Assembly: GCA_963720545.1 (NCBI GenBank)
Contig: OY970399.1
Location: 3,680,001-3,744,000 of the forward strand
Length of the DNA: 64,000 bases
Reading direction: 5' to 3'
Source of the DNA: an uncultured Acidobacteriota bacterium
GTDB lineage: Bacteria; Acidobacteriota; Vicinamibacteria; Fen-336
Position numbers and translations under genes: made by a program. The first letter of the stretch is position 1. The number at the start of each line of letters is the position of its first letter. The notes beneath the pieces were generated by a model that saw only the letters and a program-made list of their open reading frames with translations, had not been told where the DNA came from and searched no databases. Of this stretch, positions 33,630 through 45,981 are shown one piece after another.

Positions 33630-33739
33630 CGAGTCCTCCGGGAAGTGCCCATCGTAGTGGGTTGATCGACGCCAAAGCCACGACCATCCGTTCCAATGCG
33701 CGTGGGCGCTAGACTCCGCCTGAAGCTCAGGAGGTCAAA

Positions 33740-33787
33740 ATGCGCGTATGTCACCGGCTCACTGACCCCGAAGGGCGACGACCGTGA
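33740..33787 (+). CDS. Putative 15-aa micropeptide MRVCHRLTDPEGRRP
   Basis: AGGAGG (33729-33734) 5 nt before ATG; TGA overlaps the next gene's GTG (GTGA); TAGACT -10-like at 33710-33715. Confidence 0.5.
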   Translation: MRVCHRLTDPEGRRP

Positions 33788-34428
33788 GCCACCTGCTTGA
33801 AGTAGTCGTGGCACTGTACGCATTCACCCTTGTCGGATTGTTCGTTCGCGGCATGGCCCTTACCTTGTTCGCATTCACGGCCTACCTGGCGGTGCTGCTC
33901 GCCCATGGGCTGATCGTCATGGATGGCCGCTTACTCAATAAAGACACTTGGATGGCAACCGAGTTGGCACTCCAGGTTTTGGAAGTCGCCGTTGTGTTGC
34001 AGCTTGGCCAAGCCATCCTGGGTAGCACTCGAAAGACGCGTCGGATCTTCTGGTTCTGCACAAGCGGAATCGGGTTGACGATTGCCATTCTGTTGAACTC
34101 GCGCCCCTCGAGCACGTCACTCACCGTCGCGATCGTTTCCAATTGCCATTACCCCGTCCTCGCTCTCCTGATCGTCACGCTCTTGCTGGCGCGTGTTTTC
34201 GTGATTCCAATCGGTCGGCTTAATCAGGCGGTGCTGGTCGGAATCGCGGCGCCATTGGCACTCGGGCCAGTCATGTCAGTGACTTCCTGGTTGGTTTCAC
34301 TTCTGGGTTTTTCCGGCCCCGTGCCGCCGTACGCATGGACCAACAGCATTCTGGCCGCTGGCGGATACGCGTCCGCATTTATTTGGGCGATCGGCGTGTT
34401 GACCGCCCCTGCGGAAGCTGGCGGTTAA
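33784..34428 (+). CDS. Hypothetical multi-pass membrane protein (~6-7 TM)
   Basis: 214 aa, almost entirely hydrophobic helices; atypical codon usage. Confidence 0.7.
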   Translation: MSHLLEVVVALYAFTLVGLFVRGMALTLFAFTAYLAVLLAHGLIVMDGRLLNKDTWMATELALQVLEVAVVLQLGQAILGSTRKTRRIFWFCTSGIGLTIAILLNSRPSSTSLTVAIVSNCHYPVLALLIVTLLLARVFVIPIGRLNQAVLVGIAAPLALGPVMSVTSWLVSLLGFSGPVPPYAWTNSILAAGGYASAFIWAIGVLTAPAEAGG

Positions 34429-34540
34429 CACTGAGGGCAGGAATAGATCGGGCGGCGCGCGAGCGCTCGTGTGGCGAGCCCGGCGCTCACCCCCTCGGCC
34501 TCTTACGAGACCGAACCAACGGGACGGTAACATCTCAGGG

Positions 34541-35521
34541 ATGGTGTTTCGGGTTGGGTTGACTGGGGGGATTGCTTCGGGGAAGTCGCGGGTGCTGCAG
34601 AGGTTTGCGGCGGCCGGGTTTCAGACGATCGATCTCGATCAGGTTGCCCATGAGGTGATGGCGCCGGGCGGACCGGCTTATGCCGATGTGGTTTCGACTT
34701 TTGGCGAGTCGATACTCGGGGCCGATGAGACGATCGATCGGCGGCGGCTGGGTGAGATTGTTTTCGCGGATGACGAGGCGCGGCGGAGGCTCAACGGCCT
34801 GGTTCATCCGCGCGTGCGCGATGCCGAGGCGCAGCGGATTCAAGGGATGGGCGATTCGTCGAGCATTGTCGTGACGGATGCGGCGTTGCTCGTTGAATCG
34901 GGGATTCATCTTCGCTTCGACCGGTTGGTCGTTGCCTACTGTTCGCCCGGGGAACAGCTGCGGCGGCTGATGGCCCGGGATCGTATCGATGAAGCTGCTG
35001 CTTCTCGACGGATAGCGGCGCAGATGCCGATCGACGACAAAGTCGGGTTTGCGCATCTTGGCGTCGAGACGAACGGGACGCTCGAGGACACTGACGCCCG
35101 CGCTGATCAGGCGGCTGCCCTGCTGAAGGAGCTGTCACTTGTGCCACGTTCGCCCTTGTCGGTGGAGGAGTCTCGTGCTGCTTCTCTTGCTGCGAAGTTC
35201 GGGGTGGATGGGCCGCGCGGGCTGACGGCGCCGGGCGTTGCTGAGCGAATCGCCGAGGACGGTGGGATGGAGATGGAGGGGTTGGCCGGGCTACTCAATC
35301 CGCCGACGAAGCGCCCGTGGTACGAGGCCGCTCGTGACGGCGCCATACGTGAGCCGGTGGAACCGATACTCGTTCCGGTAGTTCGCTGGGCGCTTGAGCG
35401 TTGTGGCCGCGACGAGGACTACATCCGCGGTGCTGCGATTTCGCTGGCGCGGCTGGTCGCGGCCGATACTGGCGACACCGTTTCTGCCGCGGCGCGCATT
35501 GCGGTGCGGCTCGCCGGCTAG
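34541..35521 (+). CDS. coaE: Dephospho-CoA kinase with long C-terminal extension
   Basis: VGLTGGIASGKS, DRRRLGEIVF, LVHPRV, DAALLVE, RIAAQM. Confidence 0.9.
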   Translation: MVFRVGLTGGIASGKSRVLQRFAAAGFQTIDLDQVAHEVMAPGGPAYADVVSTFGESILGADETIDRRRLGEIVFADDEARRRLNGLVHPRVRDAEAQRIQGMGDSSSIVVTDAALLVESGIHLRFDRLVVAYCSPGEQLRRLMARDRIDEAAASRRIAAQMPIDDKVGFAHLGVETNGTLEDTDARADQAAALLKELSLVPRSPLSVEESRAASLAAKFGVDGPRGLTAPGVAERIAEDGGMEMEGLAGLLNPPTKRPWYEAARDGAIREPVEPILVPVVRWALERCGRDEDYIRGAAISLARLVAADTGDTVSAAARIAVRLAG

Positions 35522-36690
35522 TTTTCCCTCGCGACCCGCTCCTCGGCGAAGGTGCCCCAACGGTGGCACTGCGGACAGCGCCACAGCATCGCGTCGGCGC
35601 GGTAGCGGCACGACGAGCACAGGTGCGGGTCGGTGTAGAACGACGAGCGCATGGCGGCGATCACCTCGTCCTGCTTGTCCGAGCGCACGCCGAGGAGCCG
35701 CAGCGTTTCGAGCAGCGTCACCTGTACCGAGAGCGCCTGGGGGTTCACTTCGAGCGCGCGCACCAGCAGGCCGTACGCTTCGTCGTGGCGGCCGGCCGCG
35801 TTTAGGTGCTGGGCCAGGCTAAGGCGGGCGCGCCAGTCTTGCGGGTCTCGGGCGATGAGCCGCTCGCAGAGCTCCTCGAGCCTGGTCGGTTCGCCGCTCG
35901 CGCGATAGGCCTCGGCGAGGCGCGTGAATGCCAGGTACGCGCGCTCCGGCATCAGCGTAATCGCCGACTCCAGTGTTTCGACGGCTTTCTTTGCATCGCC
36001 TGGCATGGCCAGGTCGGCGATGCCGAGATAGGCGGGGAAGACGCGGCGGTCGAGCCTCAGCGCGTTGTCGAAGGCTTCGCGCGCCTCGTCCTTTCTGCTG
36101 TGGTCGAGGGCTTCGCGGCCCACTTCGGCCTGCAGGTAGCCGAGCACCAGGTTGTCGTCACTCTTGCGCAGGCGCGAGATGCGCGACTGCACGTCGAAAG
36201 CGTCGCGGAAGCGGCGCTGGTCTTCGAGCACGCGCTCCAGCTCCTCGAGCGCCTGCAGGTCGCGCGGGTCGGTCTCGAGCACTTCCTCGAAGGCCTCTGT
36301 CGCACGGTCCAGGAAACCGGCCTTGCGGAAGTCGGATCCGAGGCAGGCTTGAGCGTAGCGGCGTTCGACCCGCGTGAGATCGATCCGCGCCATCACGCCC
36401 TGGTGCACCTGGATCGCCTTTTCCACCTGGCCGGCCTCGCGCAGCAGGTTGCCGAGGATCAGCTGCACCTCGATCGCGCCGGGGTCCTCACGCGCCACAC
36501 GGCTCAATTCCGCGATGGCCTTGTCGTTGCGGCCTTCAGCCAGGGCGTGCAGTCCCAGCTGATAGTGCGGCGAGCCACGGAAGGCAAGACGCGCGCGGCT
36601 CTCGCGGCGGGCTGCGGCGCTCCAGGCGCGGCCGGCCAGCAGGCCGACCGCGGCGGCCAGCACGACGGCGACGAGGGCAGTATCGGCCAA
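35518..36690 (-). CDS. lapB: LapB/YciM-like TPR protein with C-terminal rubredoxin-type Zn ribbon
   Basis: N-terminal TM; TPRs (LGNLLREAGQVEKAIQVHQ, DFRKAGFLDRA); CSSC..WRCPQCHRW. Confidence 0.82.
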   Translation of the reverse strand: MADTALVAVVLAAAVGLLAGRAWSAAARRESRARLAFRGSPHYQLGLHALAEGRNDKAIAELSRVAREDPGAIEVQLILGNLLREAGQVEKAIQVHQGVMARIDLTRVERRYAQACLGSDFRKAGFLDRATEAFEEVLETDPRDLQALEELERVLEDQRRFRDAFDVQSRISRLRKSDDNLVLGYLQAEVGREALDHSRKDEAREAFDNALRLDRRVFPAYLGIADLAMPGDAKKAVETLESAITLMPERAYLAFTRLAEAYRASGEPTRLEELCERLIARDPQDWRARLSLAQHLNAAGRHDEAYGLLVRALEVNPQALSVQVTLLETLRLLGVRSDKQDEVIAAMRSSFYTDPHLCSSCRYRADAMLWRCPQCHRWGTFAEERVAREN

Positions 36691-36702
36691 CGGCTCTCGT
36701 CC

Positions 36703-37242
36703 CTAGAGCGCCGTGGCGCCGTATGGTGCGATGACGCGCTCCCAGTCGCCACGCGCCCGGAGTATCGCTTCCACGAACTCGCGAAAGGCGCCGTGGCCGC
36801 CGGTGGCATCGGTGACCATGAAGGCCTGGGCGCGGATGTCGAGCGGCGCGTCCGCGGGCGCCGCGCTGAGGGCCGCGGCGTTCATGCAGGCAGTGTCGAC
36901 GACGTCGTCGCCCATGTAGGCAACGTTCGTCCACGCGAGGCCGCGCTCGGCAAGCAACTGGTCCACCCGCGCCTTCTTGTCTTTGATGCCTTGCAGCACG
37001 ATCTCGATGCCCAGCTCGCGCGCGCGCCGCGCCACGACATCGCTGCTGCGGCCCGAGATCATGCCCAGCTCGAGCCCGGAAGAAATCGCCAGCTTGGCGG
37101 CCAGGCCGTCGCGCGCATGAAAGCCCTTGCTCTCGGCGCCGTCGGCCGAGAACCACAGCGTGCCGTCGGTGAGCACGCCGTCCACGTCGGTGAGGATGAG
37201 CCGCAGGTCGCGGGACCGCACGGCAACCGCCGCCTCCTTCAA
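36703..37242 (-). CDS. kdsC: KDO 8-phosphate phosphatase
   Basis: DVDGVLTDG, DGL, YMGDDVVD, GGHGAFRE. Confidence 0.92.
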   Translation of the reverse strand: MKEAAVAVRSRDLRLILTDVDGVLTDGTLWFSADGAESKGFHARDGLAAKLAISSGLELGMISGRSSDVVARRARELGIEIVLQGIKDKKARVDQLLAERGLAWTNVAYMGDDVVDTACMNAAALSAAPADAPLDIRAQAFMVTDATGGHGAFREFVEAILRARGDWERVIAPYGATAL

Positions 37243-38198
37243 ATGAGCTCCGTCTTCCACAGGTCGTGGAGATGGACGAGTCCTTCGACGCGGCGCTCAG
37301 CGTCGGCCACGACGACCGACGTGATGCGGCGCTCTTCCATCACCGCGAGGGCGGCGGTCGCCATCTCGCGGCGGCGGATCACCACCGGCTCCTTGGTCAT
37401 GCACTCCTCGGCGGTGGCGGCAAGGAAACGGTCGCCTTGGCCCTCGACGTGGCGGCGGACGTCGCCATCGGAGATGACGCCAAGCAGCCGGTCGTTGCTA
37501 TCGACGACAGTGGTCATTCCCATGCGCTTGCGCGTCATCTCGAAGAGCACGTCGCGCATCGACGTCTGCGGGTTGACCTTTGGCAACTGGTCGCCCGAGT
37601 GCATCACGTCCTCGACACGCAGCAGTTTCTTGCCGAGGCGGCCGCCGGGATGGAGCGTGGCGAAATCGTCCACGGTGAACCCGCGGCGCTCCAGCAGCGA
37701 CATGGCAAGCGCATCGCCCATGGCGACGGCGGCAGTGGTGGAGGCTGTCGGCGCCAGGCCCAGCGGGCACGCCTCTTCCGAGATCGAGACATCGATATGG
37801 ACGTCGGCGACGCCGGCCAGGCCGGACTTGTCATTGCCGCTCATGGCGATCAGCGGGCACTCGAGGCGCTTCACCAGCGAAGCGAGCATCACGATCTCCG
37901 GCGTGTCGCCGCTGTTCGAGAGTGCCAGCACGGCATCGCCCTTGACGATGCGGCCGAGGTCGCCGTGCAGTGCCTCGGCCGTGTGCAGGAACAGGGAAGG
38001 CGTGCCGGTGGACGCGAGGGTGGCCGAAATCTTCTGCGCGATGATGCCGCTCTTGCCGATGCCGGTCACCACCACGCGGCCGGCGCAGTTGAAGAGGATG
38101 TCCACGGCGCGGTCGAAGGAAGCGTCGATGCGCGGCACCAGGTCGGCGATGGCCCTGGCTTCTATCTCGAGGACGCGGCGCGCCGTCTCGCGGGACAT
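37239..38198 (-). CDS. kdsD: Arabinose-5-phosphate isomerase (SIS + CBS)
   Basis: TGIGKSG, EALHGDLG, EACPLGLAPTAS, HPGGRLG; CBS pair. Confidence 0.94.
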   Translation of the reverse strand: MSRETARRVLEIEARAIADLVPRIDASFDRAVDILFNCAGRVVVTGIGKSGIIAQKISATLASTGTPSLFLHTAEALHGDLGRIVKGDAVLALSNSGDTPEIVMLASLVKRLECPLIAMSGNDKSGLAGVADVHIDVSISEEACPLGLAPTASTTAAVAMGDALAMSLLERRGFTVDDFATLHPGGRLGKKLLRVEDVMHSGDQLPKVNPQTSMRDVLFEMTRKRMGMTTVVDSNDRLLGVISDGDVRRHVEGQGDRFLAATAEECMTKEPVVIRRREMATAALAVMEERRITSVVVADAERRVEGLVHLHDLWKTELI

Positions 38199-38209
38199 TG
38201 GGAACGATG

Positions 38210-39030
38210 TTATGCGCGAACCGTGATGGCGTGGATCGCGAGCAGCCGCTTCAGCAGACGGCTCAGGCCCGAGAGCTTGTACGAGTTGGGGCCGTCGGAA
38301 AGCGCGCGAGCCGGGTTCTCGTGCACCTCCATGAAGAGGCCGTCGATGCCGGCGGCCACCGCCGCGGGCGCCAGGGTATCGATGAAGTTCGAGTCGCCGC
38401 CCGAGCGGTCGCCCAGGCCCCCGGGACGCTGCACGCTGTGGGTCGCGTCGAACACGACGGGGAAGCCGAAGGCACGCAGCACGGGGAACGAGCGCGGATC
38501 GACCACCAGGTTGTTGTAGCCGAAGGTGAAGCCGCGCTCGGTGACCAGCACGTTCCTGTTACCGGTGGCTGCCGCCTTGTCGAGGATCGGCTTCATGTCC
38601 CACGGCGCCATGAACTGGCCCTTCTTGATGTTCACGGGCTTGCCGGTGCGCGCCGCTTCCACCACCAGGTCGGTCTGCCGGCAGAGGAAGGCCGGGATCT
38701 GCAACACATCCGCGACCTGCGCCACGCGCTCGACCTGCTCCACCTCGTGCACGTCGGTGACGATCGGCAGGTTGTGCTTCGCCCGCACGCTCGCCAGGAT
38801 CTCGAGGCCCCGCTCGATGCCGGGGCCGCGGTACGACTTGCCGCTGCTGCGGTTCGCCTTGTCGTAGCTCGCCTTGAAGATGTAGGGGATGCCCAGCTCG
38901 CCGGTGATCTCGGCAATGCGGCCCGCCATGAACGACGGATGCTTGTCGTTCTCGATGACACACGGCCCGGCCATCAGGAACAGCTTGCCGCCGCCGAAGC
39001 GGCGGGCGCCGATGCGGAACTCGCGCTTGC

Positions 39031-39034
<4 letters not shown>
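38210..39034 (-). CDS. kdsA: KDO 8-phosphate synthase
   Basis: AGPCVIE, KASYDKANRSS, QIPAFLCRQT, DATHSVQ. Confidence 0.95.
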
Positions 39035-41473
<2,439 letters not shown>

Positions 41474-41529
41474 ATCGCGAGTGATGCTAAGTGGGTGGTT
41501 CCATTGAAGTCAACTTGTGCGCCGCATCC

Positions 41530-41559
41530 TTGACACCTTCCTCGACGTCGGCATAGGAT
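41530..41559 (+). promoter_or_regulatory. Possible sigma70 promoter for pilBTC
   Basis: TTGACA-N18-TAGGAT. Confidence 0.45.
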
Positions 41560-41608
41560 TTGCCCCGTAACTATTGAAAAAGGCGACATTTTTAATGGTC
41601 TGGCCGGC

Positions 41609-43506
41609 GTGCCCATAAAAATCGGCGAGCTGCTGCTCAAGGAAAACCTCGTCAACCAAACCCAGCTCCAGGAAGCCCTCAGCCAGCAGAAGTCCTCCGG
41701 GGCGAAGCTGGGGCGCGTCCTGGTGACCATGGGCTTCGTCCGGGACGACGAGATCACCAGCCTGCTGTCCCGCCAGTACGGGGTGCCCTCGATCAACCTC
41801 GAGCACTTCGAGGTCGACGCCGGCGTCATCAAGATGATTCCCGCCGGAGACGGCGCGCAAGTACCAGATCCTGCCGCTGTCGCCGTTCGGGCGCAACGCT
41901 CACAATCGCCATGGCCGACCCCACGAACGTGTTCGCCATGGACGACATCAAGTTCATGACCGGCTACAACGTCGAGCCGGTAGTGGCATCGGAGACGCTC
42001 GCTCGACGAGGCGATCGAGAAGCTACTACGGCAGTCAACCGCGGTCCTGCAGCTGCGAGACGGCGCGCGTGGCGAGAAGGGGATGGCTCCGTTCTCGCAG
42101 ACGTTCGGTCCCGGCAGCGCGTTCGGTGGCGGCACCGGCGGCATCCCGCTCCTCAAGGAAGTGATCGAGGGGCCGTCGCTGTCGTTCGACGACATGGCCT
42201 CGGTCGGCCTGCACGAGGTGGACGTCGACAGCCTCGGCGTCGAGGAAGGCGAACGTCGAGACGATCAAGCACCGACGACGACGAGATCGACCTCGGCGCA
42301 GCTGACGCAAGCTCGTCGGAAGCGGCGCCCGTCATCAAGCTCTCGAACGTGCTGCTCATCGACGCCTTGAAGCGCGGCGCCTCCGACATCCATATCGAGC
42401 CGTACGAGAAGGAGTTCCGCGTCCGCTTCCGCATCGACGGCATGCTCTACAACGTCATGGCGCTGCCGATGAAGCTGCAAGCGACCCGCTCACCTCGCGC
42501 CTCAAGATCATGGCGAAGCTCGACATCTCCGAGAAGCGCCTGCCGCAGGACGGCCGCATCAAGATCCGCCTGAAGATCGAGGACCGCAGCCGCGAGATGG
42601 ACTTCCGCGTCTCGTCCTTGCCCACGCTGTGGGGCGAGAAGATCGTCCTGCGGCTGCTCGACAAGACGAAGCTGATGCTCGACATGACCAAGCTCGGCTT
42701 CGAGCTGGACTCGCTCGACCGCTTCCAGAAGCGCGATCGCGAAGCCGTACGGCATCGTGCTGGTCACCGGCCCCACTGGTTCGGGCAAGACCAACACGCT
42801 CTACTCGGCGATCGCGCAGCTCAACAAGCCCGACACCAACATCATGACCGCCGAGGATCCGGTCGAGTTCAACCTCGCCCGGCATCAACCAGGTGCAGAT
42901 CAAGGACGCAGATCGGCCTGAACTTCGCGACCGCGCTGCGCTCGTTCCTGCGCCAGGACCCGAACATCATCCTGGTCGGCGAGATCCGCGACTACGAGAC
43001 GGCCGAGATCGCGGTCAAGGCCGCGCTGACCGGCCACCTCGTGCTCTCGACACTGCACACGAACGACGCGCCCTCGACCGTCTCGCGCCTGGTCAACATG
43101 GGCATCGAGCCGTTCCTGGTCGGCACAGCCATCAACCTCATCCAGGCCCAGCGCCTCATCCGCCGCGTCTGCACCAACTGCAAGGAAGAAGTCGACGGAC
43201 GTGCCCGCGAAGACCCTGATCGAGATCGGCTTCGCGCCCGACGGCCACCGCCGGCATGAAGCTGTTCCAGGGCCGCGGCTGCCGGACGCTGCAACGGCAC
43301 CGGCTACAAGGGCCGCGTCGGGCTCTACGAGGTCATGGAGATCTCCGAGGGCATCCGCGACCTGATCATGGTGGGCGCCACCGCGGTGGAGATCAAGCGG
43401 CAAGGCGCTCGAGGAGGGCATGCTCACTCTGCGCATGAGCGGCCTCGAGAAGATCAAGCACGGCATCACGACGATCGAGGAAGTCCTGCGCGAGACCGTT
43501 CTCTAG
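41609..43506 (+). CDS. pilB: Type IV pilus assembly ATPase PilB (many frameshifts)
   Basis: MshEN-like KIGELL/KLGRVL N-terminus; [52 protein letters not shown] across frames. Confidence 0.88.
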
Positions 43507-43523
43507 GGAGGGTTGGTTCAATA

Positions 43524-44664
43524 GTGAGCGCCAGCACTGCATCAGCTGCTGAAGACGATGACCGAGATGGGCGGGCACCGACCTCCACGTCACCACCAAC
43601 TCGCGCGCCGCAGATCCGCGTCGACGGCAAGCTGCGCGCCGCTCGACCTGCCCGCCGCTGACCGCGTCGACACCAAGCAGCTCGCCTACAGCGTGCTGAC
43701 CGACGCGCAGAAGCACCGCTTCGAGGAGAACCTCGAGCTCGACTTCAGCTTCGGCATCAAGGGCCTGGCGCGCTTCCGCTCCAACGTCTTCATGCAGCGC
43801 GGCGCGGTGGCCGCCGTCTACCGCACGATCCCCTACGAGATCCGCAGCTTCAAGGAGCTGGGCCTGCCGCCGGTGGTTTCGCCAGCATCTGCGACAAGCC
43901 GCGCGGCCTGGTGCTGGTGACCGGGCCGACCGGTTCCGGCAAGTCGACGACACTCGCGGCGATGCTCGACAAGATCAACAGCGAGCGCGCACGAGCACAT
44001 GATCACGATCGAGGACCCGATCGAGTACCTGCACGGGCACAAGAAGTGCGTGGTCAACCAGCGCGAGCTGCACGCCGACACGCACTCCTTCGCCAACGCG
44101 CTGCGCGCCGCCCTGCGCGAGGACCCCGACGTCGTCCTCATCGGCGAAATGCGCGACCTGGAGACGATCGAGTCGGCGCTGCGCATCGCCGAGACGGGCC
44201 ACTTGACCTTCGCGCACGCTGCACACCAACTCGGCGGCCCAGACCATCAACCGCATCATCGACGTGTTCCCGGCCCACCAGCAGTCGCAGATCCGCGCCC
44301 AGCTGTCGCTGGTGCTCGAAGGCATCATGTGCCAGGCGCTGCTGCCCAAGGCGAGCGGCAGCGGCCGCGCGCTGGCGATGGAGATCATGGTGCCGAACGC
44401 CGGCCATCCGGAACCTGATCCGCGAGGACAAGATCCACCAGATCTACTCGTCGATGCAGACCGGCCAGGAGAAGTACGGGATGCAGACGTTCAACCAGTC
44501 CCTGGCAACGCTGTTCCACAACAAGCAGATCTCGCTGCAGACGGCGCTCGGCATGAGCTCGCATGCCCGACGAGCTGCAGGACATGATCAACCGCGGCGC
44601 TGGCCTGACGACGGCGCAGGCGGGCCAGACCCGGCCGGCGCAGCCGCGCGCCGGCGTTCGATAG
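43524..44664 (+). CDS. pilT: Retraction ATPase PilT (many frameshifts)
   Basis: [53 protein letters not shown]. Confidence 0.88.
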
Positions 44665-44688
44665 ACAGGTCAGGGAGAGGGGATCGCA

Positions 44689-45908
44689 ATGCCAGCCTTC
44701 GTCTGGAAGGGGAAGCCAGGGATGGCCGCTCCGTCGTCGGGCGAGCGGGTCGGCGGACAACAAGGAGGCCGTGATGGCCCTGCTGCGCCGCGAGCAGATC
44801 CTAGTCGTCCTCGGTGAAGGAGAAGGGCAAGGAGTTCGCGATGCCGAAGCTCGGCGGCGGCGTCACCGCCAAGGACCTCGCGGTCTTCACGCGGCAGTTC
44901 TCGGTCATGATCGACGCCGGCCTGCCGCTCGTGCAGTGCCTGGAGATCCTTGGCGGCCAGCAGGACAACAAGAAATTCGCGACGGTCCTGCAGCAGACGC
45001 GCATGCGACGTCGAAGGTGGCGCCACCCTCGCCGACGCGATGCGCAAGCATCCGAAGGCTCTTCGACGAGCTCTTCATACGAACATGATCGCGGCCGGCG
45101 AGGCGGGCGGTATCCTGGACACGATCCTGAAGCGCCTCGCGCACCTACATCGAGAAGGCGGTCAAGCTGAAGTCGCAGATCAAGGGCGCGATGGTGTATC
45201 CGATCGTGGTCTCGGCATCGCCGCCATCGTGGTCACGATCATCCTGTGGAAGGTCATCCCGATGTTCGCGGCGATGTTCGAGGGCCTGGGCGCGCAGCTG
45301 CCGCTGCCCACCCGCATCGTCATCGCGATGTCCTACTGGATCGGGACGGCTGCTGTCCCTTCATGGTCCTCCTGGGCATCGTCGGCGACCTTCGCGTTCC
45401 GCGCGCTACTACGCCACTCACGGCGGCCGCCGCGTGATCGACCGCATGGTCCTGCAGCTGCCCGTGATTGGCCAGTTGTCGCAGCAAGATCGCGGTGGCA
45501 CGGTTCTCCCGAACGCTGTCGACCCTGATTTCGTCGGGCGTGCCGATCCTCGACGGCCTCGAGATCACCGCCCGTACCGCCGGGCAACGCCATCGTCGAG
45601 GATGCCATCATGGTGGTGCGCAAGGCGGTTGAAGGCGGAACCACGGTGGCTGTGCCGCTGCGGGAGAGCAAGGTGTTTCCCGACTATGGTGGTGCAGATG
45701 GTCGGCGTCGGCGAGCAGACCGGCGCCCTCGACGCGATGCTTGGCGAAGATCGCCGACTTCTACGAAGACGAAGTCGACCAGACCGTGGCCAACCTGCTG
45801 ACCCTGATGGAACCGCTCATGATCATGTTCCTTGGCGTCATCATCGGCGGCATCGTCATCAGCATGTACTTGCCGCTGTTCGAAATGATCAACAAGCTCT
45901 CCGGCTAG
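44689..45908 (+). CDS. pilC: Platform protein PilC (many frameshifts)
   Basis: [52 protein letters not shown]. Confidence 0.88.
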
Positions 45909-45981
45909 GCCGCTGCTTTCCCGGCCCGTCGGCCTGCCGATCTCCGCGGATACCCTGTCCGCGGAGCATCGGCTGAAGCAG

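Noticed and set aside
33665..33690. GACGCCAAAGCCACG resembling the c-di-GMP-I riboswitch core
   Set aside because: Upstream GGCAAA/GAAA-loop P2 stem is absent and the match is imperfect; an Rfam scan would settle it
33696..33800. Alternative 34-aa ORF MRVGARLRLKLRRSK...
   Set aside because: No SD and it spans the -10-like box; the 15-aa ORF has the perfect RBS and stop/start coupling
41609..45908. Programmed frameshifting or phase variation in pilB/T/C
   Set aside because: Too many indels per gene, not at homopolymer or slippery tracts; the same pattern affects housekeeping genes
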